Below are positions 10,494-20,047 of a stretch of DNA of 64,000 nucleotides, piece after piece (position 1 is the first letter of the stretch; each line of letters begins with the position of its first letter). The position numbers were made by a program, and so were the translations under genes. Origin of the DNA: a bacterium (lineage in GTDB: Bacteria > Patescibacteriota > Minisyncoccia > Phycocordibacterales > CAIZLB01). Below the pieces are notes generated by a model that saw nothing but the letters and a program-made list of their open reading frames with translations, had not been told where the DNA came from and did not search any database. Location: positions 232,174 to 296,173 of the forward strand of contig JBAXXP010000001.1 in NCBI GenBank assembly GCA_037127815.1, in the 5' to 3' direction.

Positions 10494-11057
10494 ATGGCAA
10501 AAAAAGTTGAACTTATACAAGAGGACCAACAGCTTGAAAACAGAGTATATGAACTCGGTTTTCACTTCATCCCTACAATTGCGGAGGATGAGGTCGCTGT
10601 ACAGTTCTCGCACCTTAAGTCACTTATTGAGAAGCGCGGAGGACAATTTATCGCAGAAGAAATGCCTAAATTTAAAAACCTTGCGTATCCAATAAGCACG
10701 ACAAATAAGGGTCAGAAGAAAAATCATTTAGCATCATATTTTGGATGGGTTAAATTTGAAATTAATCCAGAAGAGGTAATTGCGTTAGAAAAAGAGATAA
10801 AGGCTTTTGCCACAATGCTCAGATTTCTATTGATTAAGACTGTAAAAGAAAATACATTTCTTGGAGCAGTTGCAGAAATTAAGGCAGATTCATCAAGAGC
10901 TGTTAAGGCCGCTGATGAGGTTGCAGAAAGCGTAATTTCAGAGGAAGTTGCCACAGCTGTAGAAGCTAGTGATGCAACATCAAATGAAGCTATTGCTGAA
11001 GCTGTTGCAGAAGAAGTTATTGATACTGAGAAGGTAGGTGATATCGCAACTGAATAA
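10494..11057 (+). CDS. rpsF: 30S ribosomal protein S6 with acidic C-terminal tail
   Basis: YEL...LAYPI...LRFLLIK; rpsF-ssb-rpsR gene order. Confidence 0.9.
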   Translation: MAKKVELIQEDQQLENRVYELGFHFIPTIAEDEVAVQFSHLKSLIEKRGGQFIAEEMPKFKNLAYPISTTNKGQKKNHLASYFGWVKFEINPEEVIALEKEIKAFATMLRFLLIKTVKENTFLGAVAEIKADSSRAVKAADEVAESVISEEVATAVEASDATSNEAIAEAVAEEVIDTEKVGDIATE

Positions 11058-11123
11058 GCGGTCCAGAAGGATCACTTACGGGGTGACGTATTAATCAAAC
11101 TAATAAGTATTATATAAATCACT

Positions 11124-11612
11124 ATGTATTTAAACAAAGCGTTTGTTATCGGAAATCTTACTCGTGATCCAGAGCTTAAGGCTTTGCCATCAGGAATGAG
11201 TGTTACATCTTTCTCTGTTGCAACAAATAGAGTTTGGAAAGATAAAGATGGTTCAAAGCAAGAAGCTGCAGATTATCACAATATTGTGGTATTCGGCCGC
11301 CAAGCAGAAACATCAGCTCAGTACTTAAAGAAGGGAAGTAGTGTCCTTGTAGAAGGCAGAATGCAAACTCGTTCATGGGATGGAGCAGATGGTAAAAAGC
11401 TGTACAGAACAGAAGTTATCGCTGACAATATTCAATTTGGATCAAGAGCAGGAGATGCTGGAAGTACTGGATCTTTTGGAAACGGGGGATCAGAGGCAAA
11501 GGCCCCATCTGCATTTGCAAAGAAGGCTGATGATACTGGTAACGCACTAAATCAATTAGATTCAATAGAATATCCAGAGGAGGAAATAAATCCTGAAGAT
11601 ATCCCATTCTAA
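11124..11612 (+). CDS. ssb: Single-stranded DNA-binding protein
   Basis: NKAFVIGNLTRDPE; C-terminal DIPF. Confidence 0.97.
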   Translation: MYLNKAFVIGNLTRDPELKALPSGMSVTSFSVATNRVWKDKDGSKQEAADYHNIVVFGRQAETSAQYLKKGSSVLVEGRMQTRSWDGADGKKLYRTEVIADNIQFGSRAGDAGSTGSFGNGGSEAKAPSAFAKKADDTGNALNQLDSIEYPEEEINPEDIPF

Positions 11613-11645
11613 TCCGGTTACTTAAAGGATAATTAAATTAAAAAT

Positions 11646-11849
11646 ATGACAAAACATTGTTATTTCTCACAAAACAACATCAAGCATGTTGACTATAAAG
11701 ATACAGAGCTTCTAAAGAAGTTTCTTAATCCTCACGCTAGACTTCTTTCAAGAAAGAAAACTGGTGTTAGTGCTAAAAGTCAACGTAAACTAGCGTTAGC
11801 AGTCAAGAGAGCAAGATACATGGCTATATTGCCATTCATCGCTCAATAG
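11646..11849 (+). CDS. rpsR: 30S ribosomal protein S18
   Basis: DYKDTELLKKF...QRKLALAVKRAR. Confidence 0.96.
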   Translation: MTKHCYFSQNNIKHVDYKDTELLKKFLNPHARLLSRKKTGVSAKSQRKLALAVKRARYMAILPFIAQ

Positions 11850-11898
11850 GCTGAATAAGCCCAAATAGGGCTATGCGCAAGGTGATGTTGGAGACAAG

Positions 11899-11940
11899 AC
11901 AAAAGCCGCAATCCATTATGGATTGCGGCTTTTGTTTTGT
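11899..11940. terminator. Intrinsic, probably bidirectional, terminator between rpsR and efp
   Basis: ACAAAAGCCGCAATCCA-TTA-TGGATTGCGGCTTTTGT perfect stem. Confidence 0.85.
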
Positions 11941-11996
11941 TTGGACTAACTGTGTGTTTGTTCACACCTCCGATCCTTCGACCGACTTTTTGAACC

Positions 11997-12560
11997 CTAT
12001 TTAACGCGCTCTACGTATTCTCCTGTTTCAGTGTTGATTCTAACCGTATCTCCTTCAACAACGAACATTGGTACGTTTAGTCCAGCCCCTGTCTCAAGAA
12101 CCACTAGCTTGTTTCCACTTTTTGATGAATCTCCACGAAGTACAGGAGGAGCTTCCTTAACTAGTAGCTCAACCTTTATAGGTAGCTTTACATTAAAGAT
12201 GTGTTCATTAAAGATTGAGGCTTCAACAATTGAGTTTGGCTTTAAGAATTTTCCACTGTTTCCAAGGACACTTTCATCAATCTTAAAACGAGCTGCTGGA
12301 TTGTTCTCTTCACAAAACCACCATTCTCCTTTATTTGCATATAGAAACTTGATTTTTTTTGTATCGATCTCAGCTGTGTGAACCTTGTCAGTAGCACCAA
12401 AAGAGTGCTCGACAATTCTTCCGTTTAATAAATTTCTTAACTTAGTATCGTTAACTGGCTTTCTCATTTGCTTTCTGAAAATATGAGAACTCATAACTTC
12501 ATAAGGCTCACCCTCGAAAACGATAAACTTCCTAACTGTAATTTCATTATAATCGTACAT
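11997..12560 (-). CDS. efp: Elongation factor P
   Basis: C-terminal LETGAGLNVPMFV...INTETGEYVER; tip loop is KQMRKP. Confidence 0.92.
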   Translation of the reverse strand: MYDYNEITVRKFIVFEGEPYEVMSSHIFRKQMRKPVNDTKLRNLLNGRIVEHSFGATDKVHTAEIDTKKIKFLYANKGEWWFCEENNPAARFKIDESVLGNSGKFLKPNSIVEASIFNEHIFNVKLPIKVELLVKEAPPVLRGDSSKSGNKLVVLETGAGLNVPMFVVEGDTVRINTETGEYVERVK

Positions 12561-12701
12561 AATATGGCCATTGTAGACTATTAAAGAGGGGATGTCTATG
12601 CCATATCTGTACGTGAATAGACCTCAGAGATATCTAAAAATATTGTATTTCTTTATAAATTCTTTATGAAAACTGAAGAGTTGTTCTGATAGTATTTAGA
12701 G

Positions 12702-13100
12702 ATGTTCAAAAAATTTATAGATTGGATGCATAGTAAGAAAAGAATTGACTCAAAAGAAAGGGCCGAAACGGTTATTAAAGAAAGAGAGGTCTACTGGTGT
12801 TCCCTAGGAGAAAATATTGGTGATGAAGAAAATGGTAAAGGCACGGTGTTTCGTAGGCCTGTACTAATATTTAAAAAATTTAACAACCGTATTTTTTGGG
12901 GAATACCAATGAGTACGAAAAACAAGGTAAACATTTACTATTTAAAAGTAAAACTAAGAGACATGGAGCAGTCAGTAATGCTTTCCCAGTTGAGGATTTT
13001 GGATACTAAAAGACTCGATACAAAAATAGGATATCTATCTGAAGGTGATTTTATAAAAATACAAAATTCTATAATGGATATTATAAAAAATAAACGTTAA
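12702..13100 (+). CDS. PemK/MazF-family endoribonuclease toxin, copy 1 (no protein antitoxin nearby)
   Basis: EVYWCSLGENIGDEENGKG..FRRPVLI, IPMST, SQLRILDTKRL. Confidence 0.88.
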   Translation: MFKKFIDWMHSKKRIDSKERAETVIKEREVYWCSLGENIGDEENGKGTVFRRPVLIFKKFNNRIFWGIPMSTKNKVNIYYLKVKLRDMEQSVMLSQLRILDTKRLDTKIGYLSEGDFIKIQNSIMDIIKNKR

Positions 13101-13147
13101 GCCCGAGCTCTTTTGGAGCTCGGGCGTACGGGATAACCCATTTGTAC
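13101..13147 (-). ncRNA. Putative small hairpin RNA convergent on pemK copy 1
   Basis: Lies downstream of a minus-strand promoter. Hairpin UGGG-UUAU-CCCG, then a 10-bp stem GCCCGAGCUC/GAGCUCGGGC. Confidence 0.55.
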
Positions 13148-13151
13148 TTAT

Positions 13152-13179
13152 AGTTTATCAAATAATTTTTGCTTGTCAA
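13152..13179 (-). promoter_or_regulatory. Sigma70 promoter TTGACA-16-TAAACT with extended -10, facing pemK copy 1
   Basis: -35 at 13179-13174, -10 at 13157-13152. The 29 nt are identical to the copy at 13747-13775. Confidence 0.75.
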
Positions 13180-13299
13180 ATTTTGCTGGTTCTACAAGCG
13201 TTATGTGGTGTATGGGCGACTGGTAAATATATTTTATCTTCGGATTTTCTTTAACTTTTCTTTCAAGAAATAACAGTGCTGGCTTGTTAATATACTTTG

Positions 13300-13689
13300 A
13301 TGTTTAAAAAATTCACAGAATGGATTCATGCAAAGATTAATATCGATGAAAAAGAAAGAAAATCTCAAATTAAAGTAATGGAAGTATATTGGTGTGCTCT
13401 AGGTGAGAATATAGGTGATGAAGAGAACGGAAAAGGGGATGATTTTTGCCGCCCTGTCTTAGTGTTTAAGAAGTTTAATAATAATATATTTTGGGGTATA
13501 CCCATGAGTACTAAAGAGAAAGAGAGCATTTATTATATAAAGGTCAGGCTTTTGGACTCTGTGCGGTCCGTAATGATTTCTCAGGTTAGAACTTTAGATA
13601 CAAAAAGGTTGCTTAAAAAGATAGGCTATATATCAAGGGCAGATTTTACAATCGTACAAGACGCAGTAATCGGAATCATAAAAAACTAA
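13300..13689 (+). CDS. PemK/MazF-family endoribonuclease toxin, copy 2
   Basis: Paralog of copy 1: EVYWCALGENIGDEENGKG..FCRPVLV, SQVRTLDTKRL. Confidence 0.88.
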   Translation: MFKKFTEWIHAKINIDEKERKSQIKVMEVYWCALGENIGDEENGKGDDFCRPVLVFKKFNNNIFWGIPMSTKEKESIYYIKVRLLDSVRSVMISQVRTLDTKRLLKKIGYISRADFTIVQDAVIGIIKN

Positions 13690-13695
13690 TTTTTT

Positions 13696-13743
13696 ATCCG
13701 CGCCTTTTTACAGCGCGGACGGTCGGAATAATCCATTTGTAAC
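13696..13743 (-). ncRNA. Putative small hairpin RNA convergent on pemK copy 2
   Basis: UGGA-UUAU-UCCG hairpin, then GUCCGCGCU/GGCGCGGAU stem whose G-U pairs form only on the minus strand. Confidence 0.55.
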
Positions 13744-13746
13744 TAA

Positions 13747-13774
13747 AGTTTATCAAATAATTTTTGCTTGTCAA
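13747..13774 (-). promoter_or_regulatory. Sigma70 promoter TTGACA-16-TAAACT facing pemK copy 2
   Basis: -35 at 13774-13769, -10 at 13752-13747. Confidence 0.75.
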
Positions 13775-13934
13775 ACTTTACTTTGCGTAATGTTTCTAAA
13801 ATTATTATTTACACAAGAAGTTCATTTGAGTAGGTGATTAATAAAAAAAGCGCCAAATTAATGACGCTTTTTATATTTAGAATACTTACATTGCACAGAC
13901 TGGCTAGTCTAGGTTCGGTATCACAATGTTACTC

Positions 13935-15191
13935 CTAAAGCTCCTTCAAATGGTCTCTAATCTTCTTCAAAATTTCATTACTAATTTTTGAGTTAGATTT
14001 TAAGAACTGACGAGTAGCATCATATCCACGTCCTAGTTTTTCATCGCCATAAGCGTAACTTGTTCCACTCTTTGTAATTATTTTTAGTTTCTCACCAAGT
14101 GCAATAAGCTCACCCTCTCTTGAAATTCCTTCATTGTACATAAGATCAAATTCTGTCTGTCTAAAAGGTGCAGCAACCTTGTTCTTTACAACCTTAACAC
14201 GAACACGTCCTCCCATTATTTCTTCGCCTTTTTTAATCTGAGCAATTCTTCTAATATCTAATCTAACAGAAGTATAGAACTTCAATGCCTTTCCACCTGG
14301 TGTTGTCTCTGGATTACCAAACATAACTCCAATTTGCATTCTAATCTGATTAATAAAGATAACAATTGTTTTACTTCTTGCAACAATGGCTGTTAGTTTT
14401 CTAAGTGCCTGTGACATAAGTCTTGCTTGTTTACCCATATGAGATGCACCCATATCTCCTTCAATTTCATCTTTTGGAGTAAGAGCTGCAACAGAGTCAA
14501 TAACAATAACGTCGAGCTTTCCTGATCTCACAAGACTCTCAACAATCTCCAATGCCTGCTCTCCGGTGTCTGGTTGTGATATTAAAAGTTCATCAATTTG
14601 AACACCAAGTCTTTTTGCATACTCTGGGTCCATTGCATGTTCTGCATCAATGAAAGCACAAATACCATCTTTCTTTTGAGCTTCTGCAATAACATGAAGT
14701 GAAAGAGTAGTCTTTCCTGACGATTCTGGCCCAAAGATTTCTATGATTCTTCCTCTAGGAAGTCCTCCTACGCCAAGCGCAGCATCCAACCCAATTGATC
14801 CTGTTGAAATTGCATTAACATCAACTCTTGGTTTTTCTCCAAGGCGCATAATTGCGTCATCGCCAAACTTAGTTTTAATTTGAGCAATAGTATCTTTGAT
14901 AGAAGAATTTAAATCTCTATCCTTGCTTGCTTTTTTCTTTGAACCAAAAGATGAACCTGAGCCAGATGATAGTAATGAAGAAAGGGAAGGGGAGTCAGAC
15001 TTTTCTTCGTCCTTTTCCGCCTCCTCATTATTTTCATCATCTGTTGCAACAGCTTGCTTTACATCAGCTGCTGTAGTTTTTTTCTTCACCTCCTCCTTAT
15101 CAGCTTTCTTTACCTTCACTTCCTCAGGTTTTTTACCAGCTACTTTTTTGTCATCAGCTTTCTTTTCCGGAACTATTTTTTTGTTTACCAT
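13935..15191 (-). CDS. recA: Recombinase RecA with ~90-aa charged N-terminal extension
   Basis: [37 protein letters not shown]. Confidence 0.98.
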   Translation of the reverse strand: MVNKKIVPEKKADDKKVAGKKPEEVKVKKADKEEVKKKTTAADVKQAVATDDENNEEAEKDEEKSDSPSLSSLLSSGSGSSFGSKKKASKDRDLNSSIKDTIAQIKTKFGDDAIMRLGEKPRVDVNAISTGSIGLDAALGVGGLPRGRIIEIFGPESSGKTTLSLHVIAEAQKKDGICAFIDAEHAMDPEYAKRLGVQIDELLISQPDTGEQALEIVESLVRSGKLDVIVIDSVAALTPKDEIEGDMGASHMGKQARLMSQALRKLTAIVARSKTIVIFINQIRMQIGVMFGNPETTPGGKALKFYTSVRLDIRRIAQIKKGEEIMGGRVRVKVVKNKVAAPFRQTEFDLMYNEGISREGELIALGEKLKIITKSGTSYAYGDEKLGRGYDATRQFLKSNSKISNEILKKIRDHLKEL

Positions 15192-15249
15192 AGCATTAAA
15201 AAATTTATTGAATTATTTATATTAATTTTCATCCTGTCTACACGCAGTC

Positions 15250-15663
15250 TTACTTCACGTCCGTTGTTGTACCATCCTTTGTTTCAGTATCTATTTTACC
15301 ATCCGTATAAACTACTTGAAGCTCCTTTGTTACATGGGATCCAAACTTGTCTTTTGCTTCTAGTTTAATGACATTGTATCCAGGGTAGAGAAGTACTTTT
15401 TCTTTAAATTGGCCGAACTCATCTATTGGTATTAGTCTGTCATTCAACATAATTACTGAAACGTTTTTAACTATACCTTTGACGTCTACAGCGCTATTGT
15501 TGGCACTAGTTGTGCTTGGACTTTGTATTGTGATTTGAGGACCACTAATTATTTTTTTTGATTGAAAACCTGCGTAACTTCCTATAACGCAAACAGCAAG
15601 GACAATAAGAACATTTCTAATTATTGTTTTACCTTCCTTAATGTTTTTGCGCGTTCCTATCAT
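15250..15663 (-). CDS. Small membrane-anchored Ig-like protein
   Basis: N-terminal TM; LYPGYNVIKLEAKDKFG Ig-like strand pattern. Confidence 0.65.
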   Translation of the reverse strand: MIGTRKNIKEGKTIIRNVLIVLAVCVIGSYAGFQSKKIISGPQITIQSPSTTSANNSAVDVKGIVKNVSVIMLNDRLIPIDEFGQFKEKVLLYPGYNVIKLEAKDKFGSHVTKELQVVYTDGKIDTETKDGTTTDVK

Positions 15664-15727
15664 ATAATGTTTGTTTAAAGTTTCTATAAAGAATTCCTAA
15701 AGAAATCCCAAATATTTAATGTAATAA

Positions 15728-18196
15728 TTAATCTTCCTCGACCTTATTTTCTATTATATCAGAATTATTACTTGAAGTGTTATATTCAGACACATTAATA
15801 TCGCTATCGTTATTACCTGTATTATTACCATTGTTTCCATTAAGAATATCATTACCAGAATTAGACCCGCTATTTTGCTGTCCTGCTCCACTGTATGTCA
15901 ATATTTCTCTTGGTCTTGCTCCATCGGCAGGCCCAACAACACCCTTGTCTTCAAGAATGTCCATCAGGCGAGCTGCTCTGGCGTAGCCAACTCGTAATTT
16001 TCTCTGAAGATATGATGTGGATGCTTTTCCAGCTTCAATTACTAATTCCTTTGCTTCCTCATACAAATCATCCTCATCTTCATCGTCAGATCCTCCAAAA
16101 GATGAACTAAATACAGCATCGGGTGTAACAGATGCGCCTTGCTCGCCATTAAATGATATCTCTTGTGGTAGGGAATCCATTGAGTCTACCAAGTATTTAA
16201 CCAGTTTCTTTGTTTCATTTTCTGTAACATAGGCACATTGAATTCTAATAGGAGTAGGTGTTTCACCAGAAAGGAAGAGCATATCTCCAGCACCTAACAA
16301 CTCCTCAGCTCCTCTCATATCCAGAATGGTTCTTGAGTCAATCTGAGAAGCCACTTGAAGTGCAATACGAGCAGGAACGTTGGCTTTGATAAGACCTGTA
16401 ATAACATTAACAGAAGGACGCTGTGTTGAGATAATAAGGTGAATACCTACAGCACGTGACATTTGAGCTAGTTTAACAATTCCTGATTCCAACTCTCTTG
16501 GATATGCCTGCATAATATCAGCTAATTCATCGAGAATAATCACAATGTAAGGCATTGTCTCAGGTGCCTCTTCTTCCTTTGTAAAACCATCGCTCTTTCT
16601 CTTATCAAGTAATGGCTTCAGTATGTTTTTGTGGTATGAGTCAATATCTCTAATTCCAAACTTCTCAAGTACGTTATATCTTCTTTCCATCTCTTTTGCT
16701 GCCCATTTAAGGGAAAGTATTGCTTTCTTCGCATCAGTAATAACAGGAGTCAGAAGGTGAGGTATTTTGTTATACATTGTTAGCTCAACTCTCTTTGGGT
16801 CAATCATGATGAACTTAAGGTTGTCAGCAGAGTTCTTGTATAGAAGGGAAGCAATGACTGCGTGAATCGTAACAGACTTTCCAGATCCAGTTGCTCCAGC
16901 GATAAGCATGTGAGGAGCCTTTGCTAAGTTTGTAAAATACGACTTTCCAGAGATGCCTTTTCCAAGTGCAACAAGTAATGGCTTTTCTGATTTTTGATAT
17001 TCTTCTTGCCCCAAAAGTGATCCCAGTCCAACTGTAGTTTTGATAGTGTTTGGAATTTCAATTCCAACAAGTGACTTTCCTGGAATAGGAGCTTCTATTC
17101 TAATAGGGTGTGCAGCTAATGCTAGCGATAGGTTATTTTGAAGACCAAGAATTTTTGAAAGCTTCACACCTTCTGCTGGCTTAAGTGCGTATCTAGTAAC
17201 AGAGGGTCCGATTGAAACCTCATCCATTTCTACGTCGATACCAAAATTTTGTAAAGTTCTTTTAATAATATTTGCATTCGCTTTGATGTCTCCAACGCCA
17301 GGCTTTCCTTTATCTTGCTCCAATATTGAAAGTGGGGGAGGAACAAAAGTTTTACCACTCCATGTGCTCTTTGCTTTAAGTTCAATTGATTCATCTTCCT
17401 TGATAGATTTTCCATCCACCTCTGTGCCTTTAGTTCTGTTCAGGGATTTTCCATTATCTGAATCCTCTCCATTTTTTCCACCATCTTTATTTCCAAATTT
17501 TGAAGAAACAGCATCTATTAAACCCTTACCTTGAGCTGCGTTTGCACTAGCTTCTGCATCTTTAATAGACTTTGAAATCTTTTCATCTTCTGTTCCTTTG
17601 ATTGTTCCATCCTTAGCGTTTTCTTCAGCCTCCTCGTCGCCTTCTTCCACTTTTTTATTGAATAGTCTCCAGAACATAATGTGTTCCTTCTTAAGTGACG
17701 AATCGTAAATTATAAGTACGGAAATTATGGAAAGAGCGATAGTTATCACATAACTAGTAGGGTAGTCAAAAAGGGCAATAAGTGGTTTTGCTACACCCTT
17801 ACCAACATAACCTCCACTCTCTAGGTTTATCAAACTAATCACCCCTAAAGATGATAGTAGGAACATTAATGCCCCTAGTGATTTTGATAAATAGAATTTC
17901 TTGTTTTTCTCACCAAAGAAGGCGATTGAAAGGAGAATGAATGTAATTGGTATTAGATAGTATCCAAGACCAAGGAGTTTTGAAAACATACTATATATAG
18001 TATTGCCAGCTGCCCCTCCTTTATTGAATGATGCGAAGAAGAAGAATATTGCTAATACAAACATAGCTATTCCCCAAACACTTTGTATAGTACTTGCTTT
18101 GAACATTGGTTCAGCAACTTCTTCCTCAACTGTGGATAATCTTGGGGTACGAGTCTTAATTTCTTTTTTGATTTTTTTCTTATCTCTATTTGCCAT
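15728..18196 (-). CDS. ftsK: DNA translocase FtsK
   Basis: 4 TM helices, AGATGSGKS, DELAD, TQRPSV, gamma domain LQRKLRVGYARAAR. Confidence 0.97.
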   Translation of the reverse strand: MANRDKKKIKKEIKTRTPRLSTVEEEVAEPMFKASTIQSVWGIAMFVLAIFFFFASFNKGGAAGNTIYSMFSKLLGLGYYLIPITFILLSIAFFGEKNKKFYLSKSLGALMFLLSSLGVISLINLESGGYVGKGVAKPLIALFDYPTSYVITIALSIISVLIIYDSSLKKEHIMFWRLFNKKVEEGDEEAEENAKDGTIKGTEDEKISKSIKDAEASANAAQGKGLIDAVSSKFGNKDGGKNGEDSDNGKSLNRTKGTEVDGKSIKEDESIELKAKSTWSGKTFVPPPLSILEQDKGKPGVGDIKANANIIKRTLQNFGIDVEMDEVSIGPSVTRYALKPAEGVKLSKILGLQNNLSLALAAHPIRIEAPIPGKSLVGIEIPNTIKTTVGLGSLLGQEEYQKSEKPLLVALGKGISGKSYFTNLAKAPHMLIAGATGSGKSVTIHAVIASLLYKNSADNLKFIMIDPKRVELTMYNKIPHLLTPVITDAKKAILSLKWAAKEMERRYNVLEKFGIRDIDSYHKNILKPLLDKRKSDGFTKEEEAPETMPYIVIILDELADIMQAYPRELESGIVKLAQMSRAVGIHLIISTQRPSVNVITGLIKANVPARIALQVASQIDSRTILDMRGAEELLGAGDMLFLSGETPTPIRIQCAYVTENETKKLVKYLVDSMDSLPQEISFNGEQGASVTPDAVFSSSFGGSDDEDEDDLYEEAKELVIEAGKASTSYLQRKLRVGYARAARLMDILEDKGVVGPADGARPREILTYSGAGQQNSGSNSGNDILNGNNGNNTGNNDSDINVSEYNTSSNNSDIIENKVEED

Positions 18197-18390
18197 ATCT
18201 CGTTATTTTAACACGTATTATCTCAGGTTAAAAATGAAAGCAAATTGCAACACATTGTCTTATACAAGGGGACTTGTCATTGGGTATGACTTATATATAA
18301 TGTCTCTGAACTTGCCATTCGGTTTTGACTTTTTAGGCAAATCTATCAAGGACAAAATTGGGTACAGGTATTAAAGACATAAAAAAGACT

Positions 18391-19350
18391 ATGAATAATC
18401 TATCAGACAACGGTTTGGAAAAAATAGTGGAATTGGGCTCATTGAGCTTCTTTAATTCTGACCCATATTTTAATTTTGTATACAAGAAATCAGAAAGGCT
18501 TTGCATGGCTATATATCTAATAACAGACTTCTTTCCATCTGAGGATTCAATAAAGGACAATATGAGAAAAGCTGGTGCTGAGCTACTTAAGGTGTCTTTG
18601 TCCTTGATAAACGCATCGTCTCCATTGAGAAGAAATATATTAAATGACATTAGTAGACTTTGCCTTGAGGTTACATCTTTATCTAAAATAGCATCTAACT
18701 TGGGAATGACATCTGGGCCAAACCACAACGTGCTGGAGAACGAAATTATGAATTTCATTTCAGTAATTGAAACCAGAGAAAGGCCAAATACTACAGGTCA
18801 GGGTTTTGTCCTTAATGAAGAATTGCTGGGAGGTAAGGATGATGATTCATCTAAACAATTTAATAAGTCCTTTTATCATGTAGATGAAAAGTCTGGGGTA
18901 AGCACCAATTCTTCAACAAGTGACCATTCCACTCAAAATATGGAAACTAATGAAGATGAAGAAAAGTCATCTAGTTTTGTTTCAAAAACGGAGATCCTTG
19001 TTTCACACGTTAAGAGTGAGAAAAAAGAAATATTAAATAATAATACCGAAGTGAATAACACTGACGTCTTAAACCATAGCGTAGAGTCGCTCAACATAAA
19101 TAGTATTAGTCCCGCCAATATAAATAGTATTGGTCCCGCTCCAGTTAAGTCTGTAATGCAAAAGAATGAAAGACAACAAATAATACTTGGTATAATCAAG
19201 GAAATAGGGGAATCGTCTATTAAGGACATTTCTGACAACATAAGGGATTGTAGTGAGAAGACAATACAAAGAGAGTTGAATACATTAATCTATGACGGTG
19301 TCCTTAAAAAGATAGGTGAAAGAAGATGGAGTAAATATATTTTAGCTTAG
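18391..19350 (+). CDS. Four-helix-bundle + low-complexity linker + C-terminal winged-HTH (DeoR-like) protein
   Basis: VYKKSERLCMAIYLITDFFP (bundle); SIKDISDNIRDCSEKTIQRELNTL..G...GERRWSKY (wHTH). Alternative TTG start at 18358. Confidence 0.7.
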   Translation: MNNLSDNGLEKIVELGSLSFFNSDPYFNFVYKKSERLCMAIYLITDFFPSEDSIKDNMRKAGAELLKVSLSLINASSPLRRNILNDISRLCLEVTSLSKIASNLGMTSGPNHNVLENEIMNFISVIETRERPNTTGQGFVLNEELLGGKDDDSSKQFNKSFYHVDEKSGVSTNSSTSDHSTQNMETNEDEEKSSSFVSKTEILVSHVKSEKKEILNNNTEVNNTDVLNHSVESLNINSISPANINSIGPAPVKSVMQKNERQQIILGIIKEIGESSIKDISDNIRDCSEKTIQRELNTLIYDGVLKKIGERRWSKYILA

Positions 19351-20047
19351 TCTTTTGCTGCCCTCTATGAGATGTCTTTTATCACACAAAAAGGACAAAT
19401 AAAAGACACCTCAAAGTACAAAAAGTCTTTAATTAAAAAGCCCAAATAGAATTTGACTACATTTGATAACTGTTGACTAAAGGCCTGTTTTTCTGTAATA
19501 TTATGCACTGTACACCGTCATTATGTGTACAGGTTGAGTTTTAGGCCTTTTTATGACATTTTGTTGTAAAATAAGGCTCTAAAAGCTATAATTGAAATAC
19601 CTGGAACTTTGACAATTAAATAGATAGTTCCTCATAAACAGTAATTCTGCCAATTATCTGCCAATTCAGTACTCAGAACCCCAACTAGTTATGTGCTTCC
19701 ACCTTATCTCAAGTCGACCCGTTTTATCTATTATTGATGGATTAAACCGTTAACATTGCATAAAAAGGAAATTGAGATGGGGAAGTAAACGTGATCTCTT
19801 GATTATGCATTTATTATGTGTAATTAAGTGATCACAAAATTCCTGTTATTCCGTTGACTGTATACAGTCAACAAATGTGAACCCATAAAGGCGCTTAATT
19901 TAATAGCAATAAGAAGCTGTAAAATTAAGTTTCTCTACGGGTTCACATAGTTAGTATTAAAAACCCGAGGATATTCTATTCCACACATTAATAATTTTAA
20001 AAGTTAAGTGGATGAAAATATCTTTAATAAATTTTATAAAAATTCAT

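Noticed and set aside
18391-18770. DGR accessory (Avd-like) gene implying a diversity-generating retroelement
   Set aside because: No reverse transcriptase or TR/VR repeat pair was seen in the window.
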